Shown here piece by piece: positions 1 through 9,864 of a stretch of DNA of 64,000 nucleotides (position 1 is its first letter; each line of letters begins with the position of its first letter). Made by a program: the position numbers and the translations under genes. The DNA comes from Gemmatimonadota bacterium (GTDB lineage Bacteria; Gemmatimonadota; Gemmatimonadetes; Palauibacterales; Palauibacteraceae): positions 32,001 to 96,000 of the forward strand of contig JBDHAC010000008.1 in NCBI GenBank assembly GCA_039588275.1, written 5' to 3'. The notes below the pieces were generated by a model, which was not told the origin of the DNA, ran no database searches, and was given only the letters and a program-made list of their open reading frames with translations.

Positions 1-1
1 C

Positions 2-139
2 CCGGCGTCGAAATCCTATCGACGGCCACCGGAGAACTGGCGTGTTATCCTCGCAGCCGTCGCCAAACGACGGTCCTTGCAGCTCACCGACTGTGCGGCC
101 GACCTGCTGACACTGGCGCGCGAGGTCAAGGCGAAGTGA
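2..139 (+). CDS. 3' end of a hypothetical protein (partial, runs off window start)
   Basis: Frame open from 2 to TGA 137-139 (PASKSYRRPPENWRVILAAVAKRRSLQLTDCAADLLTLAREVKAK*); stop overlaps the GTG at 136 (GTGA coupling). Confidence 0.55.
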   Translation, partial: PASKSYRRPPENWRVILAAVAKRRSLQLTDCAADLLTLAREVKAK

Positions 140-408
140 ACCTGCTGAAACGGTTGTTCTCTCGATACGGCTCCCCAGGGGGAGGGGCCTCACGTGGTGT
201 CAACGACGATATCTTGGCGGGCGTCGAGTTTCACGCGACGCTATCGCTCGACACCCCTCTTAGAGTCTTGGAGCACCACAGTGAGTTTCTCGCGGGTCCT
301 CCGAGTGAGCATGCCGAATATCAGGACATGTCGCAGGGGATCTGGTTGCACCTCCGCAGCAGATGGACGGAGAGACTTTTTCATGACGCGACGGTATTGT
401 TACGGGCC

Positions 409-2019
409 ATGACAGAGCCCCGAACCCAACCCGGCGGTGCACCGCCTCGAATCGCGACGACTCCAGCGCCGGTGCCCGGCTCGAGCTCGGATCCCGTCGG
501 CCGAGGCTCGCCGGAGAACGGGGTCACCCGCGCTCTGGTCCGGTTCTCCGGCGAGCTCGCCACGAAGTCCCGGCGCACCCGAGCGCGCTTTCAGAATCGC
601 CTGCTACGCAACCTACGCGACGCGTTTTCCAGTGAAGGCATCGAGGCGCAAATCGAGACCGGGTGGAGCCGGTTCTACGTCGAGTCGACGAGCGCGGCAT
701 TCCTGGCGCCGCTTCGGCGCACATTCGGCGTGAGCAGCTGCTCTCTACTCATCGGCGAGTGCGGCGCGAGCCTGCAAGATATCGTCGAGACCGGCACGTC
801 CCTGTTCGGGCAGCGAGTCAAGGGTCGTACGTTCGCCGTCCGGGCTCGGCGCGCCGGGGAACACGCCTTCCATTCGTCCGACATTCACCGTGAGCTGGGA
901 GCCGCCCTGAACCCGGGAGCAACGGTTGACCTCGACCATCCCGAGGTGACGGTCCACGTCGAGGTCCGAGATCAGCGCGTCTCTTTCTATGAGGACCGCA
1001 TCGCGGGTGCTGCCGGGCTCCCGCTCGGCGTGCAGGGGCGCGCGATCGCTCTCGTTTCGGGAGGCTTCGACTCGCCGGTCGCGGCATGGATGGCCCTCCG
1101 GCGCGGTATTTCGCTCGATTACGTGTTCTGCAACCTCGGAGGTGCCGCGTACAAACGGATGGTGGTCGAAGTCAGCAAGGTGCTGGCCGATCGATGGAGC
1201 TACGGCACGTACCCCAGGCTGCACGTGCTGGAGTTCGGGCCGGTCGTGGCGGCGATGCAGGAGCGCGCCAAGCCTGCCTACCTCCAGGTCGTCCTGAAGC
1301 GCCTTATGTATCGCGCCGCGTCCGAGATCGCGGCCCGTAGAGATGCGGAGGCGATCCTGACGGGCGAATCCGTGGGGCAGGTCTCCTCCCAAACGTTGGC
1401 GAACCTGCGCGCGATCGAGGACGCGTCGGACCGACCGGTCCTTCGACCCTTGCTCGGATTCCACAAAGAGGAGATCCTCGGCCGGGCCCACGAGATCGGG
1501 ACGCACGATCTTTCCGCGCACGTGCGCGAATATTGCGACGTTGTACCGGACCGGCCGGTAACCGCCTCGAGTCCAGAGGCGGCGAGCGCACAGGAGGAGG
1601 CCGTGGGTCACGCAGAGTTGATGAACGCGATCGCCGACATGGAGGTGTTGAAGCTTCGGTCGCTACGGGCCGCCGAGGTCGTCGGCCCCAACCTGTACGT
1701 GTCCGAGATCTCACCGGGGGCGCGCGTGATCGATACCCGTCAGTCGCAGGCCTTCGAGGCATGGCATTGGCCGGGTGCCGAGCACCGTGATTTCGAGGAC
1801 CTCGACCGGCACTACGGGGAGCTGGATCGAGAAGCGACCTACGTCCTCGTTTGCGCGGAAGGCGTCCGAACCGCTTTCCTGGTCGAGCGGATGCAACAGG
1901 ACGGCTTCGAGGCGTACAGTTTCCTCGGTGGCGCGCCACGATTACGCAAGTTCCAGCGTGATTCGGCGCGAGCCCAGGCCGGAATACCAGAGACGAACCA
2001 GCGTGAACCCACGAACTAG
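409..2019 (+). CDS. thiI: tRNA 4-thiouridine synthase ThiI (THUMP + PP-loop + C-terminal rhodanese); frame is open back to GTG 136
   Basis: LVRFSGELATKS N-terminus, THUMP (FAVRARRAG), PP-loop LVSGGFDS, TGESVGQVSSQTL, EYC, rhodanese VCAEGVR; ATG 409 is the likely native start. Confidence 0.92.
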   Translation: MTEPRTQPGGAPPRIATTPAPVPGSSSDPVGRGSPENGVTRALVRFSGELATKSRRTRARFQNRLLRNLRDAFSSEGIEAQIETGWSRFYVESTSAAFLAPLRRTFGVSSCSLLIGECGASLQDIVETGTSLFGQRVKGRTFAVRARRAGEHAFHSSDIHRELGAALNPGATVDLDHPEVTVHVEVRDQRVSFYEDRIAGAAGLPLGVQGRAIALVSGGFDSPVAAWMALRRGISLDYVFCNLGGAAYKRMVVEVSKVLADRWSYGTYPRLHVLEFGPVVAAMQERAKPAYLQVVLKRLMYRAASEIAARRDAEAILTGESVGQVSSQTLANLRAIEDASDRPVLRPLLGFHKEEILGRAHEIGTHDLSAHVREYCDVVPDRPVTASSPEAASAQEEAVGHAELMNAIADMEVLKLRSLRAAEVVGPNLYVSEISPGARVIDTRQSQAFEAWHWPGAEHRDFEDLDRHYGELDREATYVLVCAEGVRTAFLVERMQQDGFEAYSFLGGAPRLRKFQRDSARAQAGIPETNQREPTN

Positions 2020-2020
2020 C

Positions 2021-2773
2021 GTGTCCGATCCGAATCCTCGCTCCGAGGCTCTCGAGCGGGTTCACGAACGCGAGGTCCCGCGTCACGTAGCCGTCATCAT
2101 GGACGGGAACGGTCGCTGGGCGGCCGAGCGAGGGCTGGCGCGCTGGGAGGGACACCGTGCCGGGATGAACGCGGTTCGGGAGGTCATCGAGGGGGCCGCC
2201 GAGGCCGGGATCTCCCACCTCACGCTGTACGCGTTCTCGCAGGAGAACTGGGGCCGGCCCGAGAGCGAAGTGTCCGCCCTCATGTCCCTTCTCGAGGAGT
2301 ACGTGGCGCGCGAGAAGGAAGAGCTGGTGGGCGCCCGCATCAGAGTGAGCGTGTTCGGCGACCGCGGGCGGTTGTCTCCCTCGGCCGTCGCCGCGATCGA
2401 GGACCTGGAGCGCGCGACCGGCGGTGGCGATGCGCTCTTCGTCCATCTCGCCATCAGCTATGGATCACGCGCCGAGATCGTCGACGCGTGTCGCGCGCTG
2501 GCGGAGAGCTGCATGGCAGGGTCGTTGACTCCGGAGGAGATCACCGAGGCTCGCCTTGCGGGTGCGCTCCTCACGCGAGAGTGGCCTGATCCGGACCTCC
2601 TGATCCGGACCTCGGGGGAATGGAGAATCTCGAACTTCCTGCTATGGCAGCTCGCATATGCGGAGATCTACGTCACTCCCGTCCTGTGGCCGGATTTCCG
2701 TCGCGACAACCTGTTCGAAGCGCTGATCGATTATCAGGGTCGTCAGCGCCGGTTCGGAAAGGTCGGCGCGTGA
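2021..2773 (+). CDS. uppS: undecaprenyl diphosphate synthase
   Basis: PRHVAVIMDGNGRWA, YAFSQENWGRP, PDLLIRTSGEWRISNFLLWQ; start GTG 2021 (or 2003). Confidence 0.96.
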   Translation: MSDPNPRSEALERVHEREVPRHVAVIMDGNGRWAAERGLARWEGHRAGMNAVREVIEGAAEAGISHLTLYAFSQENWGRPESEVSALMSLLEEYVAREKEELVGARIRVSVFGDRGRLSPSAVAAIEDLERATGGGDALFVHLAISYGSRAEIVDACRALAESCMAGSLTPEEITEARLAGALLTREWPDPDLLIRTSGEWRISNFLLWQLAYAEIYVTPVLWPDFRRDNLFEALIDYQGRQRRFGKVGA

Positions 2774-2822
2774 GGGGTCCGGGGCGCAATCCGCGGGTCG
2801 TTCGGTCGGCGGGCGAGCCCTC

Positions 2823-3677
2823 GTGAAGGGCGACCTCAGGACTCGCTTCGCCGTCGCGGGGGTCGGGGTGCCGCTGTGCGCCATGGTCGTGTTCCTTGGC
2901 GGACCCGCCTTCGCGATCGGCCTCGGAGCGGTCGCGGCGGTAGGCTTCTGGGAATACGCGACCATGCTCAGAGCGACCGGCGCGCGCGTCTTCGTCAGGC
3001 TCGGGTGCGCGGGCGTGCTCCTGTACCCCGTGGTCGTCCTCTACGCGGGATTCCCGGGGGGCGGCTTGTACGGCGGGGCACTGCTCCTGGCGTTCAGCGC
3101 GTTCGGCGTCGCGCGCGTGCCCCTCGAGAAACGTCCGATCCTCGCAGCCGGGATGACTTCCTTCGGGGCCCTCTACCTGGGGGGGCTGATCAGCTTCGGG
3201 GTGCCGATCCGCGAGGGCTGGTTGGTGACGCCCCCGGTGGTCGGGCAACCGACAGACCAGCTGGCCCACACGCTGTTCTTCTTCTTCCCCGTCGCGATCA
3301 CGTGGCTCGCTGACACGGCCGCGTTCTTCGGAGGACGAACCTTCGGATCCCGACAGCTGGCCCCCCGCGTGAGCCCGAACAAGACGATCGAGGGGGCGGT
3401 CTCGGCCCTCATCGCCGCTCCCATCGTCGCGCTCATCTATTCCCGATGGGTTCTTCCATCGGGCTGGGAGCTGGGGCTGGGCCCCTCTGCTCTGTTCGGT
3501 CTCGCGGTAGCAACCATGGCGATCGTCGGGGACCTCATCGAATCGGCCCTCAAGCGAGAGTGTGGCGTCAAGGACTCCTCGAGCCTCTTGCCGGGACACG
3601 GAGGTCTCCTGGACCGCCTGGACTCCCTGCTTTGGGCCCTGCCCGCAGCGTACTTCATGATGGTCATCTTCAAGTGA
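2823..3677 (+). CDS. cdsA: phosphatidate cytidylyltransferase
   Basis: Polytopic membrane protein; SPNKTIEG, GDLIESALKRECGVKDSSSLLPGHGGLLDRLDS. Confidence 0.95.
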   Translation: MKGDLRTRFAVAGVGVPLCAMVVFLGGPAFAIGLGAVAAVGFWEYATMLRATGARVFVRLGCAGVLLYPVVVLYAGFPGGGLYGGALLLAFSAFGVARVPLEKRPILAAGMTSFGALYLGGLISFGVPIREGWLVTPPVVGQPTDQLAHTLFFFFPVAITWLADTAAFFGGRTFGSRQLAPRVSPNKTIEGAVSALIAAPIVALIYSRWVLPSGWELGLGPSALFGLAVATMAIVGDLIESALKRECGVKDSSSLLPGHGGLLDRLDSLLWALPAAYFMMVIFK

Positions 3678-3720
3678 TGGCCGGCGTGGCGAAGACGGGG
3701 CTGCGCCCGGGTGGCGCCCG

Positions 3721-4941
3721 ATGAGCCGGACCGGCGTCACTCTCCTCGGCGCGACCGGGTCGATCGGGCGCTCGGCGCTTCGGGTCATCGAACGCCACTC
3801 GGACCGCTTTCGCCTTGTCGCGCTCACCGCGCACCGAAACGCCGCCGAGCTCGATCGCCTCGCGGGCGAGCTGGAGCCGGAGTTGGTGGTGTTGAGCGAT
3901 GGCCCGGAGCCCGGCTTCACGCCGAGCTGGACGGGGGAGTGGCGGTTCGGAGAGGACGGGCTCATCGAAGCGGTCGAGCGACCCTCGGCCGACATCGTCT
4001 TGAACGCCCTGGTGGGAGTTGCCGGGCTCGGACCTACGCTCCGCGCGCTAGAGGCCGGGAAGCGGCTAGCGCTCGCGAACAAGGAGTCGCTCGTGGCCGG
4101 CGGCGCCCTCGTGATGGAAGCACAGGCTCGCGGTGGCGGCGAGATCCTCCCCGTGGACAGCGAGCACAGCGCGATCCACCAATGCCTCGGCGGTCGTCCG
4201 ACCGAGGAGATCCGACGGTTGATCCTCACGGCGTCGGGCGGACCGTTTCGAGAGCTCCCGCGCGCCGCGCTTGCCGGTGTGACGCCGGAGGACGCCCTGG
4301 CACACCCGACTTGGGACATGGGAGCCAAGATCACGATCGACTCGGCGACGCTCGCCAACAAGGCGCTCGAGGTAATCGAGGGGCATTTTCTGTTCGGGAT
4401 TCCTTTCGAGCAGATCTCGGTCGTGGTGCACCCCAGCTCGATCGTGCACTCTATGGTCGAGTTTCGTGATGGGTCGACGATCGCGCAGATGGGGCTTCCG
4501 ACGATGGAGGTCCCGATCCTGTACGCCCTGGCCTACCCGGTGCGTCCCGAAGATGGACAGGCGGAGTTCGACCCGGTCACCGCCGGGCCGCTCGCCTTCG
4601 AGCCGGTTCGAGAGGACGTGTTTCCGATGTTCAGGCTCGGTGTGGACGCAGGTCGCGCGGGCGGGGTGATGCCGGTGGTATTCAACGCCGTGAACGAAGA
4701 GGCGGTTGCGGCGTTTCTTGACGAGCGGGTGGGCTTCACCGAACTACCCGAGCTCGTGCGGCATACTATGGAGTGCTTCGAGCCCGAGCCCGTGCGGACC
4801 GTCGACCACGTCTGGGAGATCGATCGAGCGGCTCGCGAGATGGCTCGGAGGGCGATGGCGGGGCGAAGCCTCGGAACCTCGAGCCCCGCTGCGGGTGACA
4901 GTCCAAGGCCGATCCACGTACAGACACCGCGAGAGGTTTAG
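3721..4941 (+). CDS. dxr: 1-deoxy-D-xylulose 5-phosphate reductoisomerase
   Basis: LLGATGSIG, LALANKESLV, PVDSEHSAI, LTASGGPFR, HPTWDMGAKITIDSATLANK. Confidence 0.97.
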   Translation: MSRTGVTLLGATGSIGRSALRVIERHSDRFRLVALTAHRNAAELDRLAGELEPELVVLSDGPEPGFTPSWTGEWRFGEDGLIEAVERPSADIVLNALVGVAGLGPTLRALEAGKRLALANKESLVAGGALVMEAQARGGGEILPVDSEHSAIHQCLGGRPTEEIRRLILTASGGPFRELPRAALAGVTPEDALAHPTWDMGAKITIDSATLANKALEVIEGHFLFGIPFEQISVVVHPSSIVHSMVEFRDGSTIAQMGLPTMEVPILYALAYPVRPEDGQAEFDPVTAGPLAFEPVREDVFPMFRLGVDAGRAGGVMPVVFNAVNEEAVAAFLDERVGFTELPELVRHTMECFEPEPVRTVDHVWEIDRAAREMARRAMAGRSLGTSSPAAGDSPRPIHVQTPREV

Positions 4942-6027
4942 GTGCTTTTCACGATAGGCGTGACGATCCTCGTGCTCGGAGTGCTGATCTTCGTGCACGA
5001 GCTGGGACACTTCATGGCCGCCAAGGCGGTCGACATCGAGGTGCCGCGGTTCTCGATCGGCCTGGGCCCCAAGATGGTCGGGTTCCGCAGGGGCGAGACC
5101 GAGTACGTGATCTCCTGGGTCCCGCTCGGCGGCTACGTGAAGATGGCCGGGATGGCGGACGAAGAAGTCACGTCGAAGCTCGAGGGAGGACTGGAAAAGC
5201 GGCGGCCCTCCGCGCGCGACTTCGAGGCGAAACCCGTATGGGCTCGAACGCTCGTGATCCTCGCTGGCGTGATCATGAACTGGCTCTTCGCGATCGGTGC
5301 GTTCACGGCGCTCGCAATCGAGACCGGTGTGCTGGAGCCCCGCGTTCAAGAGGTGGTCGAAGGCTCGCCCGCCGAGGCCGCCGGCCTTCAGCCGGGTGAT
5401 CTGATCCGGGCCATCGACGGGACTACGGTCGAAGAGCCCACGCACGTCACGATCCTCATCCAGCGCAAGCCCGGAGAGCCAATCGATATCGAGGTGGAGC
5501 GGGACGGCGAAATCGTGGGTCTTCGGGCCACGCCCGAAGCCGTAGAGCTCTACAGCGAGATCGCTCGCGAGAGCCAGACCGTGGGCCGAGTCGGGATCAC
5601 GATCGGAGCGGATTCGACGCGCACGGTTGGCCCGGTGGAAGCGCTCGGCCAAGGGTGGGCCCAAACCGTGTACTGGACCGGGACGGTCGTCCGATTCCTC
5701 AAGGATCTGGTTACGGGTCGCAGCTCCGTGCGTGAGCTCGGCGGGCCGATCATGATCGGCCAGATCTCCGGTGAGGCGGCGCGCGGTGGCATCTGGCCCC
5801 TCCTCGCCTTCATGGCGGTCATCAGCATCAATCTCGCGGTCCTCAACCTGTTGCCGATCCCGGTTCTGGATGGGGGGCACCTCGTGTTCCTGGTGGTGGA
5901 GGCGGTGCGGGGGAGAGCCCTCAGCATCGAGCAGCGGCTGCGCTGGACCACAGCGGGGATGGTCGTCGTCGTCGGGCTGATGATCTGGGCGATCGGCAAC
6001 GACTTGATGCGCCTCTTCAGGCTGTAG
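4942..6027 (+). CDS. rseP: RIP metalloprotease RseP (M50, PDZ)
   Basis: HELGH, PLGGYVKM, PDZ segment, NLLPIPVLDGGH. Confidence 0.95.
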   Translation: MLFTIGVTILVLGVLIFVHELGHFMAAKAVDIEVPRFSIGLGPKMVGFRRGETEYVISWVPLGGYVKMAGMADEEVTSKLEGGLEKRRPSARDFEAKPVWARTLVILAGVIMNWLFAIGAFTALAIETGVLEPRVQEVVEGSPAEAAGLQPGDLIRAIDGTTVEEPTHVTILIQRKPGEPIDIEVERDGEIVGLRATPEAVELYSEIARESQTVGRVGITIGADSTRTVGPVEALGQGWAQTVYWTGTVVRFLKDLVTGRSSVRELGGPIMIGQISGEAARGGIWPLLAFMAVISINLAVLNLLPIPVLDGGHLVFLVVEAVRGRALSIEQRLRWTTAGMVVVVGLMIWAIGNDLMRLFRL

Positions 6028-6856
6028 AGAACAGGGAGAGCTGCGGGCCTTCCGTGCGGGCCCGCACGAGAGCCTCGACATCGTATCGGGGCGTCGGTTC
6101 CTCCTGCGGGGCCGCGTCCAGCAATCCTTCGTAACGGACCTTGTCCAGGTCTTCTCGCACCCGATCGAGCGCACGAAGGGGATCGTTGCACTCGACACTC
6201 AAATGAGCGAGCAACATTCCGCCCATTCTCGGGTGGGCCAGCTCGCGGGCGAACTCCCCGGCGAGTCGGTTGGACAGGTGCCCGCGACTCCCCCCGATCC
6301 GCTGCTTCACCGACCACGGGTAAGGTCCTTCACGCAGCAGTCGCTCGTCATGGTTCGACTCGAGGACCACGAAAGCGCAATCCCGCATGGCCTGCCGGAC
6401 GAGGGTCGTGGGTCGCCCGAGGTCGGTAGCGACCCCGACTTTGAGGCGGGTGCGAACGTCGGTGACCGTGACGACGACGGGGTCCACGGCGTCGTGACAT
6501 GTCAGCACGGGATGGACCTCGAGCGTGCCCACGCGCACCGCGCGACCCGCCCTCATCGGCTCGATCTGCTCCTCGCCTTTGAGCAGGCTGGCACACGCCC
6601 GAGCCGTGCGCTCGTTCACGTACAGCGGCCAGCCCCAACGTCGAGCGCCGACTCCGATCCCCCTCGTATGATCACGGTGCTCGTGCGTGACCACGACTCC
6701 GTCGACGGACTCCGGATCCACATCAAGCGCCTCCAGCCTCCGAGCCAGCTCCCTCCCGCTGAAGCCGGCATCGACCAGGAGGCGTGCATCCTCGGTCTCG
6801 ATCAGGAACGCGTTGCCTCTGCTCCCGCTCCCGAGAGATGCGACGGTGAGGCTCAT
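6017..6856 (-). CDS. MBL-fold metallohydrolase, YycJ/WalJ-like
   Basis: LGSGSRGNA, THEHRDH, ESNHD, GHLSN, LAHLS; ATG 6856 overlaps the upstream stop. Confidence 0.88.
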   Translation of the reverse strand: MSLTVASLGSGSRGNAFLIETEDARLLVDAGFSGRELARRLEALDVDPESVDGVVVTHEHRDHTRGIGVGARRWGWPLYVNERTARACASLLKGEEQIEPMRAGRAVRVGTLEVHPVLTCHDAVDPVVVTVTDVRTRLKVGVATDLGRPTTLVRQAMRDCAFVVLESNHDERLLREGPYPWSVKQRIGGSRGHLSNRLAGEFARELAHPRMGGMLLAHLSVECNDPLRALDRVREDLDKVRYEGLLDAAPQEEPTPRYDVEALVRARTEGPQLSLFSTA

Positions 6857-7995
6857 CCGCAGGCGGCATCCCAGACCGCTGCGAGCCAAGCGTCCGTTCG
6901 ATCGTCTACTTCGACATCACGGCGCTTCATCACGAGACCGGCGGTCGCCACGAACGCGTCTCTGCGATACACGGTGAGCTCGGAGCCGCTCCCCCAGCTG
7001 AACGGGGGAGTCCACTTCGGGGGCATCTCGGTGCCGAACACGTTGCAGCCCGCACCCAGCACCGTTCCGGTCCCGAGGAGCACGCCGATGCCCGTCTTGG
7101 CGTGATCTCCAACCAGACAGCCGAACTTGACCAACCCGGTATCGACCTCATCGCCGGGGGGACCGACGCGCACCGGACCGTAGTTGTTCTTCAGGTCGCT
7201 GTTCGTGGTCAACGCCCCCAGGTTGACCCAGCGACCGAGGTAGGCATGTCCCAGAAACCCGTCATGTGCCTTGTTCGAGTAGCCGAGCACGATCGATTCC
7301 TCGATCTCGCCGCGCAGGTATGACACGGGCCCCGCCGCCAGCGACTCGATCGCCCCACCGAGCAGGCGGGAGCCGGGGCCGGCATACAGGGGACCCCCGA
7401 GCCGGGCGCCGGCGCGCACCTCGACGTTCGCGTCGAGCTCGATCGGCGCGGCCCTAACATCCAGGAGGACGCCCGACTCGATTCTGACGCCGGATCCGAG
7501 GCGCACCGGGTGGTCCCCGATCCGCTCGACGCCGTTCGGCAACTCCGTCGCCTGATCGTCCACGATGGATTCCGTCAGGTCTCGCGCGAGTCGATCCGCA
7601 TGCCCCGCGACGAGGTCCCACACCGGGCCGAGCAGCTGGCCCGGCACTTCCTCGTCGGGCAACCCGGGCAACGGGGCCGGGTCCGCGAGCCAACCAGCAT
7701 CGGGGCTGTCTTCCCCCGGCGACACTCGACACCCGACCACGTGTCCATCCGGACGCGCATCGTCCAGCCGAACGACGGGTGGGGCGGCTGGCTCGTGGTA
7801 TGATCGCAACCACGGGCGCGTCAGCAGGCCCGTGACCGGAGTCCGTGCGAAGCGCTCCAGCCGTTCACGCAGGGACCAGCGGCCGAAGAGCAGTTCCGAA
7901 CCCGGTTGTGTAAGGGCGAACGGGGCCCATGCGTCGGCGACGCGATCATCGAACACGTACAGGGCGATGCCCGAGCCGGCCGACGCCTCGTTCAC
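6853..7995 (-). CDS. GlmU-like putative sugar-phosphate nucleotidyl/acetyltransferase (alternative GlmU family)
   Basis: PFALTQPGSELLFG N-terminus; left-handed beta-helix with NKAHDGFLGHAYLGRWVNLGALTTNSDLKNNY; GTG 7995 overlaps the manC stop. Confidence 0.82.
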   Translation of the reverse strand: MNEASAGSGIALYVFDDRVADAWAPFALTQPGSELLFGRWSLRERLERFARTPVTGLLTRPWLRSYHEPAAPPVVRLDDARPDGHVVGCRVSPGEDSPDAGWLADPAPLPGLPDEEVPGQLLGPVWDLVAGHADRLARDLTESIVDDQATELPNGVERIGDHPVRLGSGVRIESGVLLDVRAAPIELDANVEVRAGARLGGPLYAGPGSRLLGGAIESLAAGPVSYLRGEIEESIVLGYSNKAHDGFLGHAYLGRWVNLGALTTNSDLKNNYGPVRVGPPGDEVDTGLVKFGCLVGDHAKTGIGVLLGTGTVLGAGCNVFGTEMPPKWTPPFSWGSGSELTVYRRDAFVATAGLVMKRRDVEVDDRTDAWLAAVWDAACG

Positions 7996-9029
7996 TCCTC
8001 TTCCTTCTCGATCGCGGCTCGGAGCTCGTTCAGCCGGGGGGCGAGCGCTCGGGTCGTCACCAGCAGCTCTCCGTTCGCCTCCACGACCACCAATCCGCTG
8101 ACGCCCAGAAGCGTGGCCCGAACGCGCTCCGTCCACACGATGTTGTCCGTTGCATCCCCGAATCGCGCGGAGCCCACGGCGGTGTTTCCGGACGCATCCT
8201 GTCCTCGGGTGCGCCCGACCGCGTTCCACACTCCCACGTCATCCCACTCGAATCCGGCTTCGACCGTCGCGATTCGCTCGGCGCGCTCCATCACCGATAC
8301 ATCCACGGAGATCGTCTCAACGCTCTCGAAGAATGCGTCCACGTCTCCGGAACCGAGCTGCGGGAGCCCGACCGCGATCTCCGGCGAATACCGCTCGACC
8401 GCGGCGAGGAAGTCCGCGGCGCGCCACACGAAGATCCCCGAATTCCACAAATATTCGCCCGACTCAACGTACGCTTCGGCCGTCTCCGCGTCGGGCTTCT
8501 CGGCGAACGCGTCCGCGCGGTAGACCCCGGGCATCAGCTCGCGCCCCCGGCGCACGTAGCCGTAACCCGTCTCCGCCCGGCGGGGGCGCACTCCCAGGCA
8601 GCAAAGACGACCCTCGCGTGCGGTATCGATCGCCCTCGCGGCTGCGTCCCGGAACGCGTCGAATGGCTCGATCCGATGATCGGCGTGCATCGAGATGAGA
8701 ATCGCCTCGGCGTCATGCCGAAGCAGCTCATGGCTGGCCCAGGTCAATGCCGGGCCGGTGCCGCGAGCGCGGGGCTCGAAGAGGAACTGGTCCGCCCCGA
8801 GATCCGGCAGCGCGCGGCGTGTAGTGTCGGCGAGGACGGCACCGGACACGATCCGCACGCGATCCCGACCGACCATCGCACGGGCTCTCTCGACGGTCTC
8901 GATGAGCAACGGAGTGTCGCTGGCGAGCGGTAGGAACTGCTTGGGGTGGGTGGGGGTCGAGGCAGGCCAAAACCTGGTGCCGCTGCCTCCCGCCAGGATG
9001 ACGGCGTACGCGTCGAGCAGACTCGTCAT
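7992..9029 (-). CDS. manC: mannose-1-phosphate guanylyltransferase (no PMI domain)
   Basis: VILAGGSGTRFWP, PKQFL, ETGYGY, FAEKP, WNSGIF, WDDVGVW. Confidence 0.92.
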   Translation of the reverse strand: MTSLLDAYAVILAGGSGTRFWPASTPTHPKQFLPLASDTPLLIETVERARAMVGRDRVRIVSGAVLADTTRRALPDLGADQFLFEPRARGTGPALTWASHELLRHDAEAILISMHADHRIEPFDAFRDAAARAIDTAREGRLCCLGVRPRRAETGYGYVRRGRELMPGVYRADAFAEKPDAETAEAYVESGEYLWNSGIFVWRAADFLAAVERYSPEIAVGLPQLGSGDVDAFFESVETISVDVSVMERAERIATVEAGFEWDDVGVWNAVGRTRGQDASGNTAVGSARFGDATDNIVWTERVRATLLGVSGLVVVEANGELLVTTRALAPRLNELRAAIEKEEE

Positions 9030-9116
9030 CCCTGTAGCGTTCTGATGGGCCGGAATGGCTCCATGGGTGCGCTCGTCCTTGATGACCCCGCGTCCCTCGC
9101 CGATGCGCGCGCTGGC

Positions 9117-9145
9117 AAGCTATCCCGGGGCACCGAGAGCGTCAA
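9117..9145 (-). promoter_or_regulatory. sigma70-type promoter for the manC operon
   Basis: Minus strand TTGACG-N17-TAGCTT. Confidence 0.6.
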
Positions 9146-9228
9146 GCGGGGTAGTTTATGGAATCCAAAGTCATGTCAGTACTTAGCTTGCTTGCCAGGC
9201 TGGATCGAGGACCACAGTTTTCTCACCG

Positions 9229-9783
9229 ATGCGAACCATACGAATTATTGCCCTGGCGCTGATCTCCGCGATCACGGCGTGCGATGACCCGTTCTCGGCT
9301 CTGCTCATCGACGTGCCCGAGACGCCGGTCGAAGTATCGCTCGTCGATTTCTTGACCGGACCCCTGCAGGAACCGTCCGCGTTCGACGTCATCTTCACGC
9401 GCCCCCAACGAGTGGATCAGACCAACCAGTGGGACTTCCTGTACTTCGTCACGGCGGATGGAGTTCACCAGCTGCTCCCGTTCGGCGCGGTGGCAGACAG
9501 CCTCACCGACTCGGGACTCCGGCACGTCTCGGAGTCGTTCGAGGGGCTGGAGATGGCACCCTCGGAGGGCTACACGATCGATGCGCCGGTCACGATCTCG
9601 GAGGGGGATGTGCTGGCGGTACGCAGTCGCGCGGACCCCAACTCGTTCATCATTTGCCGCCGGTACGCCAAGATCGAGATCTTGGAAATCGATGCGGCGG
9701 AAAAGCGCCTCACGTTCCGCGTGCTGGGCAACCCGAACTGCGAGGACTTCGTCCTCATCCCTGGTCAGCACGGGAGTCTGTGA
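9229..9783 (+). CDS. conserved lipoprotein of unknown function (weak HmuY-like pattern)
   Basis: Signal peptide with lipobox ITAC; WDFLY and YAKIEIL motifs; two further Cys. Confidence 0.8.
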   Translation: MRTIRIIALALISAITACDDPFSALLIDVPETPVEVSLVDFLTGPLQEPSAFDVIFTRPQRVDQTNQWDFLYFVTADGVHQLLPFGAVADSLTDSGLRHVSESFEGLEMAPSEGYTIDAPVTISEGDVLAVRSRADPNSFIICRRYAKIEILEIDAAEKRLTFRVLGNPNCEDFVLIPGQHGSL

Positions 9784-9864
9784 CCACGGCGGACCCGGGG
9801 CACGGTCCGCGATCATCCGCCCGTGGCCGCGATCGCTCCCGGCTGCGGACCGACTGAGAGAGAG

